From Desulfovibrionaceae bacterium (GTDB lineage: Bacteria > Desulfobacterota > Desulfovibrionia > Desulfovibrionales > Desulfovibrionaceae), in NCBI GenBank assembly GCA_031548325.1, contig JAVBRE010000128.1, positions 1 to 47,815 of the forward strand: 47,815 nucleotides of DNA. The letters are read 5' to 3'. Within the stretch, counting starts at the first letter, position 1. Each line of letters starts with the position of its first letter. Shown piece by piece: positions 44,623 to 47,815 of this stretch. The position numbers and the translations under genes are program-made. The notes beneath the pieces were generated by a model. It was not told the origin of the DNA, ran no database searches, and saw only the letters and a program-made list of their open reading frames with translations.

Positions 44623-45276
44623 TCAGCCCGCAAGGGCCTTTTCAAAGGCTTCGCGGCGTTTGTCATAGGGCGGGAAGGCAAAAAACGCCGAACCGGAAAC
44701 CAGGGCCGTGACCCCGGCATCCACCAGGGCTTTCGCGTTATCCGGCGTGACTCCTCCGTCAACCTGAATGATGGTCCCGGCTTTCCGCTTGCGGATCAGG
44801 TCCGCCAGGCGACGGATTTTGGCGAAACTCGCCGGAATGAATTCCTGCCCGCCGAAACCGGGGTTTACGGTCATGATAAGCACCATGTCGGTTACGTCCA
44901 GCACCTCTTCCACCGCGCTCAGGGGCGTCGAAGGGTTGAGGGCCACTCCGGCCTGCATGCCCTGCCGCCGGATCTCCGCCAGGGCGCGCTGCAGATGCAG
45001 GCAGGCTTCGGCGTGCACCACCAGCATGTTGGCCCCGGCGTCGGCAAAAGCTTCCAGGTGGCGTTCCGGCTCGCGGATCATCAGGTGTACGTCGAAAAAG
45101 AGTTTGCTGCTCTTGCGCAACCGTTTGCTCACCGGCGGGCCGAAGGTGATGTTGGGCACAAAAGACCCGTCCATCACGTCCCAGTGCACCCAGTGCAGGC
45201 CCGCCTGCTCGAGGGCGGCAAGTTCCTCGCCCAGGCGGCTGAAATCGGAGGCAAGCAGAGAAGGACTGAGAATCAT
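44623..45276 (-). CDS. rpe: Ribulose-phosphate 3-epimerase
   Basis: ILSPSLLASDFSRLGEE...HWDVMDGSFVPNITFG...DVHLM...MTVNPGFGGQ...QVDGG. Confidence 0.95.
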   Translation of the reverse strand: MILSPSLLASDFSRLGEELAALEQAGLHWVHWDVMDGSFVPNITFGPPVSKRLRKSSKLFFDVHLMIREPERHLEAFADAGANMLVVHAEACLHLQRALAEIRRQGMQAGVALNPSTPLSAVEEVLDVTDMVLIMTVNPGFGGQEFIPASFAKIRRLADLIRKRKAGTIIQVDGGVTPDNAKALVDAGVTALVSGSAFFAFPPYDKRREAFEKALAG

Positions 45277-45294
45277 GAAAGCTCCGGACAGAAA

Positions 45295-45780
45295 TCAGGG
45301 TTTGAGCAGTTCGCGCAATGCGGCCAGTTCCGCCGCGATTTCACGCAGCAACAAGGGAGGAAGGGGAGAGACGGGCGTAGAAGAAGGGACGAAGGGCACG
45401 GCCTTTGCCGGGGCTGCGGCCTCCGCCAGGGGTGCGCCGGGCTCTTCGCGAGGGTTGTCGGGCGATCCGTCATGGGCGTCGCTCTCGCCGTCGCCGGCGA
45501 CAATGGCGCTGATGTCCGGTTCCGCATCCGGCGGCAGGGTTCCCTTGGCCGCTTCTTCACGCAGGATGCGGCGCGCGCCCTCAATGGTCAGGCCTCGCTC
45601 GTGCAGCAGATACCGGATGCGGCGCAGCACGGCCAGATCCTTTTCAGAATACAGGCGCTGGCCTTTTTCCGTACGGTCCGGCGCGATCTGGGGAAATTCC
45701 ATTTCCCAGAACCGCAGCACGTATGTTTTCAGGTTCAGCAGCGCGGCCGCTTCGCCTATGCGGTAGGTTTTCGCGTTCAT
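45295..45780 (-). CDS. MerR-family transcriptional regulator
   Basis: YRIGEAAALLNLKTYVLRFWEMEF...RLYSEKDLAVLRRIRYLL is the MerR wHTH. The C-terminus is low-complexity and Pro/Ala-rich. ATG at 45780. Confidence 0.8.
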   Translation of the reverse strand: MNAKTYRIGEAAALLNLKTYVLRFWEMEFPQIAPDRTEKGQRLYSEKDLAVLRRIRYLLHERGLTIEGARRILREEAAKGTLPPDAEPDISAIVAGDGESDAHDGSPDNPREEPGAPLAEAAAPAKAVPFVPSSTPVSPLPPLLLREIAAELAALRELLKP

Positions 45781-45945
45781 GCCCCTTGCGCATCCCCGTT
45801 CAAAAAAAACGGCCACGCCGTAAGCTGTCGGCAAACCCGGTCTTTTCCGGCTTGCCGGCAGTCCAAACGGCTACGCCACATGCATAGCACACGATCAAGG
45901 GTAATGAAAGCGGCGGAAAAAGGACGCGCCGCCGGGCCGCGCGCC

Positions 45946-45974
45946 TTGACAGAACGGAGCGGGCTTTGTAGTAA
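45946..45974 (+). promoter_or_regulatory. Sigma70-type promoter TTGACA-N17-TAGTAA for the FmdE-like gene, overlapped by a 7-bp inverted repeat
   Basis: TTGACA at 45946-45951 and TAGTAA at 45969-45974. gtaacac (45971-45977) pairs with gtgttac (45992-45998). Confidence 0.45.
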
Positions 45975-45999
45975 CACAAAAATATGAGTTCGTGTTACG

Positions 46000-46560
46000 A
46001 TGGTTACCGCCATGCAATCATTGTCCTCTGAAATATCCATGTTCTGGGAAAAAGCCCTGGCCTTTCACGGGCACAGTTGCCCCGGCCTGGCGCTGGGCTG
46101 CCGCGTGGCGGCGGCCGCCCTGGCGCATCTGGACATGCGCGAACCCAGCCGGGACGAAGAGATGGTCTGCGTGGCGGAAACCGACTCCTGCGCCGTGGAC
46201 GCCATTCAGGCCGTCACCGGCTGCACCCTGGGCAAGGGCAATCTGCTGTTGCGCCCGCGCGGAAAACACGTCTTCAGCTTTTATCGCAGAGACGGCAGCG
46301 ACGGCATCCGCATTACCTGGAAAGCGCGCGCCCACGATATGGAACGGCCCGAACGGACGCTCCATTTTCTCTCCGCGCCCGCATCCGACCTGTACACCCT
46401 GTCCGAAACAGTCCGGCCCCTGCCGCAAAAAGCGCTGCTCAGCCCGTCCCTGGCCTGTTCCCTGTGCGGCGAAGCCACGGCGGAACCGTACATCCGCCTG
46501 CGGGACGGCCGGCCCCAGTGCCTGGACTGTTACGTCTCCGCTTCACGCATTCTGCCCTGA
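46000..46560 (+). CDS. FmdE-family protein with a C-terminal zinc ribbon
   Basis: AFHGHSCPGLALGCRVA...ETDSCAVDAIQAVTGCTLGKGNL and C-terminal CSLCGE...CLDC. Confidence 0.75.
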   Translation: MVTAMQSLSSEISMFWEKALAFHGHSCPGLALGCRVAAAALAHLDMREPSRDEEMVCVAETDSCAVDAIQAVTGCTLGKGNLLLRPRGKHVFSFYRRDGSDGIRITWKARAHDMERPERTLHFLSAPASDLYTLSETVRPLPQKALLSPSLACSLCGEATAEPYIRLRDGRPQCLDCYVSASRILP

Positions 46561-46566
46561 CGCCTT

Positions 46567-46705
46567 GGAGCATTTCAACTTTCAAATTGTATAAAAACCG
46601 TTTCAAAAAAGGCGTCGGCATCTGCACATAATGATGCGAGATTACCAATATAAACGACACGCTTCGCGGGCATCCGCTTCGCGTCTGCTGAGCAAATTGC
46701 TCTGG
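46567..46705 (+). repeat. Diverged copy (C) of the MITE-like family, outside the island
   Basis: ggagcatttcaactttcaaattgtata... and ...aaacgacacgcttcgcgggcatccgcttcgcgtctgctgagcaaattgctctgg align with copies A and B. It lacks the ttcactttttcaaag segment. Confidence 0.5.
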
Positions 46706-46720
46706 CATAAGGATCACTCC

Positions 46721-47815
46721 ATGCGTCTTTTTTTCTGTCTGTTCGCCTTGCTCCTTTTCGCTCCGGCGGCGTCCGGGGCCGACGCGCAAACGCGCAACGT
46801 CACCGATATGCGCGGCAAAGCGGTCGCCGTACCCCTGAACCCCGTGCGCATCGCCACCATTGACGACGGGTTTGTGGAAGGGCTGATGACCCACCTCGGG
46901 GTGATCGACAAGGTCGCGGCCATCGGCTCCTGGGGCATGAAGCGCGACTACAAATACCAGTTCGAGACGGCTTCCGGCGAAAAATACGAGCACCGGGGCT
47001 GGAACACCATGAAACTGCTGCACCCCTGGCTGGACAAACTGCCCATCGTCAGTTCGCCTCAGGGGGGCGGCGCCCTTAATTTTGAGACCCTGGCCAGGGC
47101 GGAACCCGACCTGGTCATCGTGCGCGTGGGCGACTGCACCGTAAGCGCGGGCAACAAAGAGGCCATCGACAAAAGCATCCACACCATAGAGGCTCTGGGG
47201 CTTCCTCTGCTGACGCTCTATTCCCCCACCTGCTTCGGCGGTGAAGACATGACCAGCATGAAGCAGGAAATGGGCGTCATCGGCGAAGCTTTCGGGCAGA
47301 AGGAAAAAGCCCTGACCCTTGCCGACAGGCTGGCCGGGGTGGAAGCCATGATCCGCGCGCGCACCAAAGACATTCCCGATGCGCAAAAAACCCGCCTGCT
47401 GTACCTGGGGCTGAACCCCACCGTGCGCCAAAGCGGCTCGGCCGGCTCCGTGTGGGGCACCGATTCACCCGAATCGTACCTGATCGAAAAAGTGGCGGGC
47501 GCAAAAAACGCGTATTCCGGCAAGGGCAAGGGCGTGCCCATGAGCGCGGAGCAGATTTACGCCCTGAACCCCGACGTCATCGTGCTGCCCACGGCCAACG
47601 GCTATCACCCGCCGCGCGAGCTGTATGAAGCGCCCTATTACGCGAACCTGGCGGAACTTGCGGCCGTCAAAGGCAAACGCGTCTACGCCATGCCCTGGAC
47701 GCCCATGAACTGTTCCCGTCGTCTGGAATACCCGCTGGACATGCTGATCATCGCCAAAGCCGCCTACCCCGAGCGCTTTAAAGACATCAAGGTGTATGAC
47801 TACGCCCTGGGCATG
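46721..47815 (+). CDS. ABC-transporter periplasmic substrate-binding protein (iron-siderophore/cobalamin-type), 3'-truncated by the window end
   Basis: Not in the ORF track because it has no stop. ATG 46721, signal peptide MRLFFCLFALLLFAPAASGA, then VTDMRGKAVAVPLNPVRIATID...EPDLVIV...LNPDVIVLP. The frame stays open to 47815. Confidence 0.8.
   Translation, partial: MRLFFCLFALLLFAPAASGADAQTRNVTDMRGKAVAVPLNPVRIATIDDGFVEGLMTHLGVIDKVAAIGSWGMKRDYKYQFETASGEKYEHRGWNTMKLLHPWLDKLPIVSSPQGGGALNFETLARAEPDLVIVRVGDCTVSAGNKEAIDKSIHTIEALGLPLLTLYSPTCFGGEDMTSMKQEMGVIGEAFGQKEKALTLADRLAGVEAMIRARTKDIPDAQKTRLLYLGLNPTVRQSGSAGSVWGTDSPESYLIEKVAGAKNAYSGKGKGVPMSAEQIYALNPDVIVLPTANGYHPPRELYEAPYYANLAELAAVKGKRVYAMPWTPMNCSRRLEYPLDMLIIAKAAYPERFKDIKVYDYALGM

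Noticed and set aside
43579-45780. MerR gene plus tandem Hsp20 genes as an HspR-type heat-shock regulon
   Set aside because: The MerR protein resembles the widespread housekeeping-context MerR rather than HspR. rpe and Trm112 lie between it and the Hsp20 genes, and I could not find a HAIR-like inverted repeat. The link cannot be supported from the sequence.
32651-46705. Whether the recurring intergenic repeats form a CRISPR array
   Set aside because: The copies are 80-175 bp, internally palindromic, kilobases apart, in mixed orientations and separated by genes. There are no short, regularly spaced direct repeats and no cas genes.

Overview
High-G+C chromosomal window, probably Desulfovibrionaceae-like; that guess rests only on gene content and composition. 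It holds about 45 supportable genes. All calls come from hand translation and remembered family motifs; no searches or folding were run.

Left part (1-24.6 kb):
- EamA transporter, a stand-alone rpsD and a 3' remnant of an RTX-repeat gene.
- A translationally coupled aromatic amino-acid operon with the archaeal-type entry steps: ADH synthase, DHQ synthase II, pheA, aroA, tyrA. It is preceded by a 35-aa Tyr/Phe/Trp-rich leader ORF and an intrinsic terminator, which I read as a candidate attenuator.
- rpoZ, dnaJ and rfaD.
- A minus-strand operon joining a TAXI-TRAP transporter to a GlpA-like / pyridine-nucleotide-disulfide oxidoreductase / DUF1667 trio.
- carB, a secreted chagasin (I42)-like inhibitor and an SDR.
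- azlCD plus a DinB-like gene, bracketed by 97-nt near-identical inverted repeats.

Island (about 24.7-42.5 kb): visibly lower G+C, with no integrase, transposase or tRNA. This is my best candidate for an undescribed system.
- A thiolase, 3-hydroxyacyl-CoA dehydrogenase, crotonase, CoA-transferase and Fe-ADH operon.
- A Na+-translocating biotin decarboxylase split into two loci. The beta and OadG-like subunits are on the minus strand. A divergent carboxyltransferase, a 69-aa biotin carrier, its own group-I BirA and a second CoA-transferase are on the plus strand.
- A LysR-TctCBA module lies between the two loci, flanked by two 160-bp MITE-like direct repeats.
- The substrate is unresolved. Glutaconate or another C5 dicarboxylate is the most self-consistent reading.

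Right part: a 2-hydroxyacid dehydrogenase, two Hsp20 genes, Trm112-like, rpe, MerR, FmdE-like and a partial ABC substrate-binding protein.

Several families of structured intergenic repeats recur across the window. I saw no rRNA, tRNA or CRISPR array.
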